This document shows positions 21,101-28,916 of a stretch of DNA of 32,000 nucleotides, piece after piece. Source of the DNA: Mannheimia haemolytica (lineage in GTDB: Bacteria > Pseudomonadota > Gammaproteobacteria > Enterobacterales > Pasteurellaceae); the NCBI RefSeq assembly GCF_004342115.1, contig NZ_SMAC01000010.1, positions 14,618 through 46,617 on the forward strand, in the 5' to 3' direction. The translations under genes and the position numbers were made by a program. Under the pieces are notes generated by a model. That model searched no databases. It had not been told where the DNA came from and saw nothing but the letters and a program-made list of their open reading frames with translations. How positions within the stretch are numbered: the stretch's first letter is position 1; each line of letters starts with the position of its first letter.

Positions 21101-21270
21101 GTGCAATCGCCCGCTTCAGTATGGGTATGGTAATCGTAGCAGGCTTGGCAATCGGGACATTGTTTACTCTGTTTATCTTGCCGGTTATCTACACTTTCTT
21201 AGGGCAAGAACACAAGCCATTACGTGAATTTGACGAGGAAAAATATTTCCCAACGACAAAAGAAGCATAG
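18103..21270 (+). CDS. RND efflux permease (AcrB/MdtB-type, HAE-1 family)
   Basis: 1055 aa with a GTG start after SD 'ggagtgag'. It begins MKFTDIFIKRPVLA, has the TM4 proton-relay motif GLVVDDAIVVLENVERH and a 12-TM topology with two large periplasmic loops. No outer-membrane factor gene follows. Confidence 0.93.
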   Translation: MKFTDIFIKRPVLAVCISLLITILGLQAIEKLQVREYPEMTVSIVTVSVNYSGADARLMQTLVTSQLEEAVAQADNIDYMTSSSSPSTTTVTAKMKLNTDPNAALSDISAKVNAVRSNLPSGIDDPSIRVSTGSNDALMYIRFVSDELNTSQVTDYINRVVKPQFFTVNGVSSVDVYGSVFGLRIWLDPDKMASNNLSGAAVLSALSANNLQTAAGNSNGYYTVYRNKVLSTTPSVTELEEVTVSTTKDGKTIKLKDIATVELDKYQDAARATVGGKDAVVLAVSVAATANSLTVAKDIYPMFEQVLKNLPSTIQGDIVYDKTIAIDSSIKEVIKTIGEATVIVLVVIILFLGSLRAMIVPVITIPISLIGVLFFLQMFGFSINLLTLLALVLAIGLVVDDAIVVLENVERHVKEGKTPFDAAIIGTREIALPVISMTITLGAVYSPMALMTGVTGTLFKEFALTLAGAVFISGIAALTLSPMMSSRILKEHKEGEESAFARVVHRSLDKMTSCYTNMLSGIMAVRGFVLFFAVLIFASLPMLFGSLSSEVAPTEDRGFVVGISNGPSNTNLDYTEAALAQFNQEVTKLPEVSSLMTVSGFNGANSALSIIALKDWNDRSRERAAISNDVAAIGKKVVGMDVNAIAFPEISTGENGLPFSLVITTADSYEKLAIVASEFLKKAQTSGQFFFANLDLKFDTVTMNMKFDREKMGAYGVTMQQVSGTLGAFLSGAIITRVDIDSRAYPIVSQAVRNDRLNPEDLMNYYVTTATGQSIPLGSFVTMELKTSPSSLPRMSQLNSATIGGVVSGSIGDAVNWAKAELDRTLPSGYQYDFRGESRQFVQEGNAMAMTFALAVIIIYLVLAIQFESWRDPLVILVSVPLAVSGALLVMNIPTAMKGLFMGIAAGTGSKDMMAFANGIWTAGYTLNIYSQVGLITLVGLITKHGILMCEVAKEEQLLHGKSRYEAIFHAATIRLRPIMMTTAAMIAGLIPLLFAVGAGAIARFSMGMVIVAGLAIGTLFTLFILPVIYTFLGQEHKPLREFDEEKYFPTTKEA

Positions 21271-21281
21271 TTTTAAATAGC

Positions 21282-21309
21282 AAAAGAGCGTAGCGATACG
21301 CTCTTTTTT
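21282..21309 (+). terminator. Rho-independent terminator of the RND operon
   Basis: agagcgta (21285..21292) / tacgctct (21297..21304) with loop gcga, followed by tttttt. Confidence 0.8.
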
Positions 21310-21317
21310 GTTGGCTT

Positions 21318-21327
21318 ACAAGCGGTC
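21318..21327 (+). repeat. Apl-type uptake signal sequence (perfect 10-mer)
   Basis: acaagcggtc followed by gtttttt. A 9/10 inverted copy (aaccgcttg) lies at 21366..21374. Confidence 0.85.
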
Positions 21328-21392
21328 GTTTTTTATTTATTGTTTGCTAAAAAATCACAAAATTTAACCGCTTGAAAGTATATTTTCAGATA

Positions 21393-21408
21393 GCGTAAAC
21401 GTTTCCCT
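21393..21408. promoter_or_regulatory. PurR-box-like palindrome upstream of guaB
   Basis: gcgtAAACGTTTccct contains the central AAACGTTT of the PurR operator consensus (ANGMAAACGTTTKCNT) with two flank mismatches. It abuts the -35 element. Confidence 0.45.
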
Positions 21409-21409
21409 A

Positions 21410-21438
21410 TTTACAGAAACCTAGTTCCTCTGTATAAT
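21410..21438 (+). promoter_or_regulatory. guaB sigma-70 promoter
   Basis: -35 TTTACA (21410..21415), a 17-nt spacer, then -10 TATAAT (21433..21438), followed by the GC-rich discriminator ccgctcgc. It lies about 60 nt upstream of the guaB ATG. Confidence 0.6.
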
Positions 21439-21497
21439 CCGCTCGCAATTTTCCAGTACAGATTTTCAATTTAATCATTTTTTAAGGAATAATTGCA

Positions 21498-22961
21498 ATG
21501 CTACGAATTAAACAAGAAGCCCTCACTTTTGATGATGTTCTTCTCGTCCCGGCACATTCTACTGTGCTTCCTAATACTGCTGATCTTTCTACTCAATTAA
21601 CTAAAACCATTCGTTTAAACATTCCGATGCTTTCTGCTGCAATGGATACCGTTACAGAAACTAAGCTTGCGATCTCCCTTGCTCAAGAAGGCGGCATTGG
21701 TTTTATCCATAAAAATATGTCGATTGAACGCCAGGCAGACCGTGTGCGTAAAGTGAAAAAATTTGAAAGTGGTATTGTTTCTGAGCCAGTGACGATTTCT
21801 CCTGATATGACATTAGCGGAATTGGCTGAATTGGTGAAAAAGAACGGTTTTGCAGGCTATCCGGTGATTGATGAAAACCAAAATTTAGTGGGAATTATTA
21901 CCGGACGTGATACCCGATTTGTCACGGATTTAAGCAAAACAGTGCGTGAATTTATGACACCAAAAGACCGTTTAGTGACGGTAAAAGAAAACGCAAGCCG
22001 TGAAGAAATTTTCCACTTAATGCACGAACACCGAGTGGAGAAAGTGCTGGTAGTGAATAATGAATTTCAGTTAAAAGGAATGATTACCCTAAAAGACTAC
22101 CAAAAAGCGGAAAGCAAACCGAATGCCTGTAAAGATGAGTTTGGGCGTTTGCGTGTGGGGGCGGCAGTGGGAGCCGGTCCGGGCAATGAAGAACGAATTG
22201 ATGCTTTAGTAAAAGCGGGTGTCGATGTGCTATTAATCGACTCTTCGCACGGGCATTCTGAAGGTGTATTACAACGTGTGCGTGAAACCCGTGCAAAATA
22301 CCCTGATTTACCGATTGTTGCCGGTAATATTGCCACTGCAGAAGGAGCGATTGCGTTAGCTGATGCAGGAGCCAGTGCTGTGAAAGTAGGAATCGGCCCG
22401 GGTTCAATTTGTACCACCAGAATTGTAACAGGCGTTGGCGTGCCACAAATCACGGCAATCGCAGAAGCGGCAGCTGCGCTTAAAGATCGAGGCATTCCTG
22501 TGATTGCTGATGGTGGAATTCGTTATTCAGGCGATATTTCAAAAGCTATTGCCGCCGGTGCAAGTTGCGTAATGGTCGGTTCGATGTTTGCCGGCACAGA
22601 AGAAGCCCCGGGTGAAATTGAGCTTTATCAAGGCAGAGCATTCAAATCCTACCGTGGAATGGGATCATTAGGTGCAATGAGTAAAGGCTCGTCAGATCGC
22701 TATTTCCAATCTGATAATGCCGCCGACAAGCTCGTACCGGAAGGGATTGAAGGGCGTATCGCTTACAAAGGCTACTTGAAAGAAATTATCCACCAACAAA
22801 TGGGCGGTTTACGCTCCTGTATGGGATTAACCGGCTGTGCCACTATTGAAGAACTCCGCACCAAAGCAGAATTTGTCCGCATTAGTGGTGCTGGTATTAA
22901 AGAAAGCCACGTCCACGATGTGACAATTACCAAAGAAGCACCGAACTACCGAATGGGTTAA
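21498..22961 (+). CDS. guaB: Inosine-5'-monophosphate dehydrogenase
   Basis: 487 aa. It has an IMPDH barrel with an inserted CBS pair, the catalytic loop [11 protein letters not shown], and MGSLGAM... Confidence 0.97.
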   Translation: MLRIKQEALTFDDVLLVPAHSTVLPNTADLSTQLTKTIRLNIPMLSAAMDTVTETKLAISLAQEGGIGFIHKNMSIERQADRVRKVKKFESGIVSEPVTISPDMTLAELAELVKKNGFAGYPVIDENQNLVGIITGRDTRFVTDLSKTVREFMTPKDRLVTVKENASREEIFHLMHEHRVEKVLVVNNEFQLKGMITLKDYQKAESKPNACKDEFGRLRVGAAVGAGPGNEERIDALVKAGVDVLLIDSSHGHSEGVLQRVRETRAKYPDLPIVAGNIATAEGAIALADAGASAVKVGIGPGSICTTRIVTGVGVPQITAIAEAAAALKDRGIPVIADGGIRYSGDISKAIAAGASCVMVGSMFAGTEEAPGEIELYQGRAFKSYRGMGSLGAMSKGSSDRYFQSDNAADKLVPEGIEGRIAYKGYLKEIIHQQMGGLRSCMGLTGCATIEELRTKAEFVRISGAGIKESHVHDVTITKEAPNYRMG

Positions 22962-22973
22962 TAGCCTTTCTCA

Positions 22974-23028
22974 CTCTCTCCCCTTGTGGGAGAGAGACCG
23001 TTTTAAATTACGTTCAGTAATTTAAAAC
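22974..23028. repeat. Two tandem perfect hairpins immediately after guaB (no U-tract)
   Basis: Hairpin A is ctctctccc (22974..22982) / gggagagag (22988..22996). Hairpin B is gttttaaattac (23000..23011) / gtaatttaaaac (23017..23028). A third (ga)n-ggg run follows at 23029..23039. Confidence 0.5.
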
Positions 23029-23081
23029 AGAGAGAGGGAATAAGTGGTTAGATTTTCTTAAAATTTTACAAAAGAGGCTAT

Positions 23082-23753
23082 ATGCTCCAAGCTATCATTT
23101 TTGATATGGACGGCGTGATTGTGGATACCGAATATCTGGAATTTTCCTTACAAAAACAGTTTATTGAAGACATCAAAGAACACAGCCGCCCGATTACTTT
23201 AGAACAACAATCGGAAGTGGTAGGCAAATGTTTAAAAGAAATTCCGGTGATTATCAAAAAACTAAGCGAATCCAGTTTGCCGATTGAGGAAATTCGTGCA
23301 CGTTACTACGCCTTTTTCCAAGATCTGTTTAGCAAAGTGGATTTTAAAACCATTTTCAGAGCCGATATTCAGCAAATTATTCAATTTGCCAAGCAGAATC
23401 AAATTAAGCTTGCGGTTGCCTCTTCTTCCGCCCTTTCGCATATTGAAAATATTCTCACGGTTTGCGGCATTAAAGACGAATTTGATTTAATCGTCAGCGG
23501 TGAACAGTTTGAACACAGCAAGCCAGACCCAACCATTTACCGCTACACCTGCGAAAAATTAGGCGTTGAGCCACAAAATGCAGTGGCGATTGAAGACTCC
23601 TACTACGGAATGCTCGCCGCCAAAACCGCAGGCTTAACGGTGATTGGTTACGAAGAAAAACGAATACTGATTGACCAAAGTTTAGCGGATTATATGGGCA
23701 AAGATATGAAAGAGATTTTGAAGATTCTTCAAAAATGTAATACTCCAAGTTAA
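23082..23753 (+). CDS. HAD-superfamily hydrolase, subfamily IA (beta-phosphoglucomutase/sugar- or nucleotide-phosphatase-like)
   Basis: 223 aa. The four HAD motifs are present: FDMDGVIVDTE (I), VASSS (II), SKPDP (III) and EDSYYG (IV). An SD 'aagagg' is present. The substrate cannot be inferred from sequence alone. Confidence 0.85.
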   Translation: MLQAIIFDMDGVIVDTEYLEFSLQKQFIEDIKEHSRPITLEQQSEVVGKCLKEIPVIIKKLSESSLPIEEIRARYYAFFQDLFSKVDFKTIFRADIQQIIQFAKQNQIKLAVASSSALSHIENILTVCGIKDEFDLIVSGEQFEHSKPDPTIYRYTCEKLGVEPQNAVAIEDSYYGMLAAKTAGLTVIGYEEKRILIDQSLADYMGKDMKEILKILQKCNTPS

Positions 23754-23874
23754 TAAATGGTCGATTTTTATAGAAATTTTGTCAATGTTTCTACTTCAAG
23801 TACTTGGAACAGTCTATCGGCTTGAGTAACCTAGAAATGAGAGTGGATATTTTAATATTAATAGGATAAATAGA

Positions 23875-24186
23875 ATGAAAAAATTAAGTTTAATTTCAAT
23901 CGTCGCTTTATCTGCGTGCAGTATTTTCGGACCATCTTATTCAGGAGAAACAACGGCCAGTCCTTTATTAAAGTTGGACACAGAAAGAAATATAAATCTG
24001 TATTTTCAAGCAATACATAAATGTACTCCTGATAAAATTCATACAAAAATCATCAATATTCCAAGTGAAGGTAATGCAAAAGAACTTTGGACTGCAACAG
24101 GTTGTAATAAAACGCAATCTTTTATTATTACATATAGAAACGATGGGGTAGGCGGCACTTTTATTAACATGACCACAACGCCATAA
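23875..24186 (+). CDS. Small predicted lipoprotein, unknown function
   Basis: 103 aa. It has a signal peptide with lipobox LSA-C ([15 protein letters not shown]) and two further Cys. Local GC is very low (about one third). The gene ends 16 nt before guaA. I recognise no family. Confidence 0.65.
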   Translation: MKKLSLISIVALSACSIFGPSYSGETTASPLLKLDTERNINLYFQAIHKCTPDKIHTKIINIPSEGNAKELWTATGCNKTQSFIITYRNDGVGGTFINMTTTP

Positions 24187-24202
24187 TTTAAAGGAAATTA
24201 CA

Positions 24203-25774
24203 ATGACAAACATCCACCACCACAAAATTTTAATTTTAGACTTCGGTTCACAATATACTCAGCTTATCGCACGCCGTGTGCGGGAGATTGGGGTTTACTG
24301 CGAGCTTTGGGCTTGGGACGTAACGGAAGAGCAGATCCGTGAATTTAACCCAACGGGGATTATTCTTTCAGGAGGTCCTGAAAGCACCACTGAGGAAAAC
24401 AGCCCACGAGCGCCGGAGTATGTGTTTAACGCTGGTCTGCCAGTGCTGGGCATTTGCTACGGAATGCAGACAATGGCGATGCAGTTGGGCGGTTTAACCG
24501 AAACGTCCGACCACCGTGAATTTGGCTATGCCTCGGTGGCTATCAAATCTGCCGATCAACTTTTTGCAAATTTAAACGATGATTTGACCGCTTGCGAGCC
24601 AAAATTGGACGTGTGGATGAGTCACGGCGACAAAGTCACCAAATTACCACCGCACTTTACCATCACAGGCGTTACCCCAACCTGCCCGATTGCCGCGATG
24701 TCGGACGAAAGCCGCCGTTTCTATGGCGTGCAGTTCCACCCCGAAGTGACCCACACCAAACAAGGCTTGGCGTTGCTGAAAAACTTCGTGGTCGGCATTT
24801 GCGGCTGTGAAACGAACTGGACGGCAGAAAACATCATTGAAGATGCGGTGAAACGCATTCGTGAGCAAGTGGGCGATGACGAGGTGATTTTAGGTTTGTC
24901 GGGTGGGGTGGATTCCTCCGTCACCGCCTTGCTATTACATCGTGCTATCGGTAAAAACCTGCACTGCGTATTTGTGGATAACGGCTTGCTCCGCTTGAAC
25001 GAAGGCGATCAAGTCATGGAAATGTTCGGCAACAAATTCGGTTTGAACATTGTGCGAGTGAATGCCGAAGACCGTTTCTTAGAAGCGTTAAAAGGCTTAG
25101 ACGAACCGGAAGCTAAACGCAAAACCATTGGTAAAGTGTTTGTGGACGTGTTTGATGACGAAAGCAAAAAACTTAGCTCGGTCAAATGGCTTGCACAAGG
25201 CACGATCTACCCTGATGTGATTGAATCCGCCGCCAGCAAAACCGGCAAAGCCCACGTGATTAAATCACACCATAACGTTGGCGGCTTGCCGGATTATATG
25301 AAGCTCGGCTTAGTCGAACCGTTGCGTGAATTGTTTAAAGACGAAGTGCGCAAAATCGGCTTGGCACTCGGCTTACCGGCTGAAATGCTCAACCGCCACC
25401 CGTTCCCCGGCCCGGGCTTAGGCGTGCGTGTGCTGGGCGAAATCAAAAAAGAGTACTGCGATTTACTGCGTAAAGTCGATGCGATCTTCATCGAAGAACT
25501 GCACAAAGCCGGCTGGTACTACAAAGTCAGCCAAGCTTTCACGGTATTCTTGCCGGTGAAATCGGTGGGCGTAATGGGCGATGGACGCAAATATGACTGG
25601 GTCGTCAGCTTGCGTGCGGTGGAAACCATCGACTTTATGACCGCTCACTGGGCGCACTTGCCGTATGATCTATTAGGCAAAATCTCCAACCGCATTATTA
25701 ACGAAGTGAACGGTATTTCCCGTGTGGTGTATGACGTGAGCGGAAAACCACCGGCAACCATTGAGTGGGAATAA
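24203..25774 (+). CDS. guaA: GMP synthase (glutamine-hydrolysing)
   Basis: 523 aa. It has the GATase-1 domain (GICYGMQ, FHPEV), the ATP-PPase P-loop SGGVDSS and the C-terminal dimerisation domain ending PPATIEWE. Confidence 0.97.
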   Translation: MTNIHHHKILILDFGSQYTQLIARRVREIGVYCELWAWDVTEEQIREFNPTGIILSGGPESTTEENSPRAPEYVFNAGLPVLGICYGMQTMAMQLGGLTETSDHREFGYASVAIKSADQLFANLNDDLTACEPKLDVWMSHGDKVTKLPPHFTITGVTPTCPIAAMSDESRRFYGVQFHPEVTHTKQGLALLKNFVVGICGCETNWTAENIIEDAVKRIREQVGDDEVILGLSGGVDSSVTALLLHRAIGKNLHCVFVDNGLLRLNEGDQVMEMFGNKFGLNIVRVNAEDRFLEALKGLDEPEAKRKTIGKVFVDVFDDESKKLSSVKWLAQGTIYPDVIESAASKTGKAHVIKSHHNVGGLPDYMKLGLVEPLRELFKDEVRKIGLALGLPAEMLNRHPFPGPGLGVRVLGEIKKEYCDLLRKVDAIFIEELHKAGWYYKVSQAFTVFLPVKSVGVMGDGRKYDWVVSLRAVETIDFMTAHWAHLPYDLLGKISNRIINEVNGISRVVYDVSGKPPATIEWE

Positions 25775-25861
25775 CTCTTACAAAATAGGCTTCTTATAAC
25801 CTAAGTTCAGTATCTAAAGCTGAAAAATGTTGTTAACTGCTTAATGTAGCGGTTTAGAATA

Positions 25862-25890
25862 AAGGATTGATTCCAACGGAATCAATCCTT
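25862..25890. terminator. Hairpin between convergent guaA and zapG
   Basis: aaggattgattcc (25862..25874) / ggaatcaatcctt (25878..25890), a 13-bp perfect stem with a 3-nt loop. The flanks are A/T-rich but there is no long U-tract on either strand. Confidence 0.55.
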
Positions 25891-25934
25891 AAACTAAGTG
25901 CCTTTTAGTAAAACTAAATATTCAATTTTTAGTT

Positions 25935-26333
25935 TTATGATTTCAGTAAGCCAGATGAACCTTCGGAATAATCTCTAGGTTGATCTTCTTCCGTTTTTTC
26001 TGCCGGAATAGGTAATTTGGTTTGTTGGAAAAAGGTAATATTTTTTGATGCTTCTGGTAATAGCTTTTCAGAGCTTTGTGCTAAATGGGTATAAAGCTTT
26101 TTATAATCAGAAGCTAAACTTGAAAGTAATTGGGCTGATTGCTCAAAGTGTTGTTCAAGTTTTTGTTTTTGCTCATCCACTTGAGTTTTGGTTTGCTTCA
26201 ACTCTTTTTCCAGTTCATGCTGTTTTCTGACACTACTGTTAAATACTCTAACTAGAGTGCAACCTATTACAGCACCTACAATAAATGCTGCCATAATGGC
26301 TGCCCAAACATCTGTTGTCCATTGTTCCATCAT
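25935..26333 (-). CDS. zapG: Z-ring-associated inner-membrane protein ZapG (YhcB, DUF1043)
   Basis: 132 aa. It has an N-terminal TM helix, a coiled coil and a C-terminal PRDYSEGSSGLLK, matching E. coli YhcB (MPRDYSEGASGLLR). The length is the same. Confidence 0.85.
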   Translation of the reverse strand: MMEQWTTDVWAAIMAAFIVGAVIGCTLVRVFNSSVRKQHELEKELKQTKTQVDEQKQKLEQHFEQSAQLLSSLASDYKKLYTHLAQSSEKLLPEASKNITFFQQTKLPIPAEKTEEDQPRDYSEGSSGLLKS

Positions 26334-26479
26334 AAACTCCTTATGTTTTAGTGATTGATTACTGCTATTTTTAACATTTCAGTTTTTATTTGAAAAGCTC
26401 CAAATGATTAAAATGTGATATAGGTTCAATTTTGAAAGATTATCAGCAAAAAATGTTAGATTTTTGAGTGAAATCTCTG

Positions 26480-26628
26480 TATAATTTCGCCACCCTGTTT
26501 TTGTGTGGTTTTCCCCGCCACACAAGTTTGGTCTGAATCAGACTCGAAGGGGTCGGGTTCACCGTAAAATAATAGGAAATACCTCAATGAGGTATTGGGT
26601 TTTAAACTTTAAATTTGGTATTTAATTA
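26480..26628 (+). promoter_or_regulatory. rplM promoter -10 element and a roughly 140-nt structured 5' leader
   Basis: TATAAT lies at 26480..26485 in the context tctctgTATAAT, the same context as at guaB. The leader contains hairpins gtgtgg/ccacac (26503..26523), gtctg/cagac (26531..26543) and atacct/aggtat (26580..26596). The -35 is poor (ttagat), so the exact transcription start is uncertain. Confidence 0.45.
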
Positions 26629-27057
26629 ATGAAAACTTTTGTAGCAAAACCAGAAACAGTACAACGTGACTGGTATGTAGTAGATGCGACGGGTAAAACA
26701 TTAGGTCGTTTAGCGACTGAATTGGCACGCCGTCTTCGTGGTAAACATAAACCTGAGTACACTCCACACGTTGATACCGGTGATTACATCATCGTGATCA
26801 ATGCAGACAAAGTAGCAGTAACAGGTAAAAAACAAACTGACAAAATCTACTACTGGCACACTGGCTATGTAGGTGGCATCAAAGATGCAACCTTCAAAGA
26901 AATGATTGCTCGTCGTCCTGAAGCTGTGATTGAAATCGCAGTGAAAGGTATGTTACCAAAAGGTCCACTTGGTCGTGAAATGTTCCGTAAATTAAAAGTT
27001 TACGCAGGTTCAGAACACAATCACCAAGCACAACAACCACAAGTTTTAGATATCTAA
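26629..27057 (+). CDS. rplM: 50S ribosomal protein L13
   Basis: 142 aa. [41 protein letters not shown] is the canonical L13 sequence. Confidence 0.97.
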   Translation: MKTFVAKPETVQRDWYVVDATGKTLGRLATELARRLRGKHKPEYTPHVDTGDYIIVINADKVAVTGKKQTDKIYYWHTGYVGGIKDATFKEMIARRPEAVIEIAVKGMLPKGPLGREMFRKLKVYAGSEHNHQAQQPQVLDI

Positions 27058-27073
27058 TTCACGGAGCATAAAA

Positions 27074-27469
27074 ATGACAGCAGCAAATCAAAACTACGGC
27101 ACAGGTCGCCGCAAAAGCTCTTCAGCCCGTGTATTTATCAAACCGGGTTCAGGTAACATTACTATCAACCAACGTTCACTTGAAGTTTACTTCGGTCGTG
27201 AAACAGCTCGTATGATCGTACGTCAGCCGTTAGAATTGGTTGAATTAACTGATAAATTAGACCTTTACATCACTGTTAAAGGTGGTGGTATTTCTGGTCA
27301 AGCGGGTGCAATCCGTCACGGTATCACTCGTGCATTAATGGAATACGATGAAACGCTACGCCCAGCACTTCGTGCAGCAGGCTTCGTTACTCGTGACGCA
27401 CGTCGCGTTGAACGTAAAAAAGTGGGTTTACACAAAGCACGTCGTCGTCCACAATACTCAAAACGTTAA
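27074..27469 (+). CDS. rpsI: 30S ribosomal protein S9
   Basis: 131 aa, with the C-terminal [14 protein letters not shown] typical of S9. Confidence 0.97.
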   Translation: MTAANQNYGTGRRKSSSARVFIKPGSGNITINQRSLEVYFGRETARMIVRQPLELVELTDKLDLYITVKGGGISGQAGAIRHGITRALMEYDETLRPALRAAGFVTRDARRVERKKVGLHKARRRPQYSKR

Positions 27470-27488
27470 TTTTCTTTTCGTTTTCAAG

Positions 27489-27512
27489 AAGGCAGGGTTT
27501 CCTGCCTTTTTT
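27489..27512 (+). terminator. Rho-independent terminator of rplM-rpsI
   Basis: aaggcagg (27489..27496) / cctgcctt (27501..27508) with loop gttt, followed by tttt. Confidence 0.85.
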
Positions 27513-27568
27513 GTCTTTATGACTGTGGTAGAATAACCGCCCTGATTAACTATTTGATAGAGGCATTT

Positions 27569-28345
27569 ATGTTAGCCATTATTTCCCCTGCCAAAACCCT
27601 TGATTTTAAAACCAATATTGACGGTTTTGCATTTTCTCAACCAAATTTGACCGCTTGTAGCCAAGAATTAATTGATATTTGTAAACAGCTTTCACCAGCC
27701 GAAGTAGGAAGTTTGATGTCAATCAGCGATAAATTAGCCGCTTTAAATGTCGCTCGCTTTGCCGAATGGCAGCTTGAGCATAACCAACAAAACTCTAAAG
27801 CCGCCATTTTTGCTTTTAAAGGCGATGTTTACACAGGGTTAGATGCAGAAACGCTAACTAAAGAGCAGGTTGAATATGCTCAGCAACATTTACGTATGCT
27901 TTCAGGCTTGTATGGTTTATTAAAACCGCTCGATTTAATGCAGCCTTATCGTTTAGAAATGGGAACTAAGTTGGCAAATCCGAAGGGCAGAGATCTTTAT
28001 GCGTTCTGGGGTAATATTATTACTGAACACTTGCAGCAAGCCATTGATGAACAAGGCGATGATATTTTAATTAATCTTGCCTCTGATGAATATTATGGTG
28101 CAGTTAAGCCACAAAATCTAAATGCGACTATTATCAAGCCGGTGTTTTTAGATGAGAAAAACGGCAAATATAAAGTGATCAGCTTCTATGCCAAAAAAGC
28201 CCGTGGAATGATGGTCCGCTTTATGTTAGACACCCAACCGACTAGCATCGAACAGCTCAAACAGTTTAACTATGGGGGCTATTGGCTTGATGCAGATAGT
28301 TCTAGTGAAAACGAGCTGGTTTTTAAACGTGAGGAGCAGGCATAA
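27569..28345 (+). CDS. yaaA: Peroxide stress protein YaaA (UPF0246/DUF328)
   Basis: [13 protein letters not shown]...[14 protein letters not shown]...[25 protein letters not shown]...[11 protein letters not shown] is colinear with E. coli YaaA. I start at the ATG at 27569 (SD 'agagg'), not the track's non-ATG 27554. Confidence 0.9.
   Translation: MLAIISPAKTLDFKTNIDGFAFSQPNLTACSQELIDICKQLSPAEVGSLMSISDKLAALNVARFAEWQLEHNQQNSKAAIFAFKGDVYTGLDAETLTKEQVEYAQQHLRMLSGLYGLLKPLDLMQPYRLEMGTKLANPKGRDLYAFWGNIITEHLQQAIDEQGDDILINLASDEYYGAVKPQNLNATIIKPVFLDEKNGKYKVISFYAKKARGMMVRFMLDTQPTSIEQLKQFNYGGYWLDADSSSENELVFKREEQA
27649..27658 (-). repeat. Apl-type uptake signal sequence (perfect 10-mer) inside the yaaA coding sequence
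   Basis: gaccgcttgt lies within codons for ...NLTACS... Confidence 0.8.
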
Positions 28346-28908
28346 TGTCGGCTACCAAAAAGGGAATAACTTTGGTTGCGTTATCATTGGCAGGTTGTGT
28401 CAGCCAAAGCCCACAATTTGCAGTGCCTGATGCTATTCGCTTTGGGCAGGATACTTTTGTAAAAGTTACTCACAGCCAAATTGACGAAATGCAACATTTA
28501 CTTTATTTGCCCGAAAAGAGTGAGAAAAATCTGGAAAATTGGCAAAAAGGCATTTTATTTTTCTTGGATAAAAACAGTAAAAATCAAACCTTAGAGCAAC
28601 GAGCTGCATTCCGCCAAGCAAGTTTTGCGAAAAAGCCGGAGCTTGAAGCAAAAGTGGCAATCGAACAAAATGAATTACACAGTAGTGTGATTTACCCACC
28701 GACAGAACGTTTTAACAATGTGATGTTAGAAGTAACCCGTGGGCGGAATTTAGCTTGTGGTTATGGGCAGATTCAATTTGCAGATAAGCGGGAAGTTAGC
28801 AAGGCAATTGCAAAAAAATTGCCAAATTTGACCGCTTACAGCCAAGAAATTGCCAAACTTTCTCTTGAATTAAACCAACTGGGTTGGCAAGTCCAATGCA
28901 GTAAATAA
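28345..28908 (+). CDS. Predicted lipoprotein, unknown function, translationally coupled to yaaA
   Basis: 187 aa with lipobox LAG-C ([18 protein letters not shown]). Its ATG overlaps the yaaA TAA (TAATG at 28343..28347). I recognise no family. Confidence 0.7.
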   Translation: MSATKKGITLVALSLAGCVSQSPQFAVPDAIRFGQDTFVKVTHSQIDEMQHLLYLPEKSEKNLENWQKGILFFLDKNSKNQTLEQRAAFRQASFAKKPELEAKVAIEQNELHSSVIYPPTERFNNVMLEVTRGRNLACGYGQIQFADKREVSKAIAKKLPNLTAYSQEIAKLSLELNQLGWQVQCSK

Positions 28909-28916
28909 TGTAGTAA

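Noticed and set aside
22084-22495. Two long antisense ORFs (120 and 132 aa) inside guaB
   Set aside because: They overlap the Gly/Ala-rich, locally GC-rich part of an unambiguous guaB reading frame. Their translations are low-complexity (Pro/Ala/Ser/Leu-rich) with no start context. They are the typical stop-codon-poor shadow of a GC-rich segment.
24649-24657. A Hin-type USS core (ACCGCACTT, the reverse complement of AAGTGCGGT) inside guaA, as possible evidence that guaA was imported from a Haemophilus/Pasteurella-type donor
   Set aside because: A second copy occurs in fieF (29298..29306), which is compositionally normal. guaA also contains an Apl-type 9/10 copy (24586..24594). Two 9-mers in 64 kb of double-stranded search space is too weak a signal, and the two USS types share the GCGGT core.
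24592-25657. A cluster of six 60-75 aa ORFs (both strands and other frames) within guaA
   Set aside because: All lie inside the well-supported guaA frame. They are a by-product of guaA's elevated GC content (see finding) and are not independent genes.
26414-26429. CRP-like half-site TGTGA-N6-TTCAA upstream of rplM/zapG
   Set aside because: The second half-site matches TCACA at only 2 of 5 positions, so it is indistinguishable from chance in AT-rich intergenic DNA.
27554-27568. The track start for yaaA at 27554 (MIEAF...)
   Set aside because: It is a non-ATG start. YaaA homologues begin at ML(A/I)IISPAKTLD, which corresponds to the ATG at 27569 with an SD upstream.
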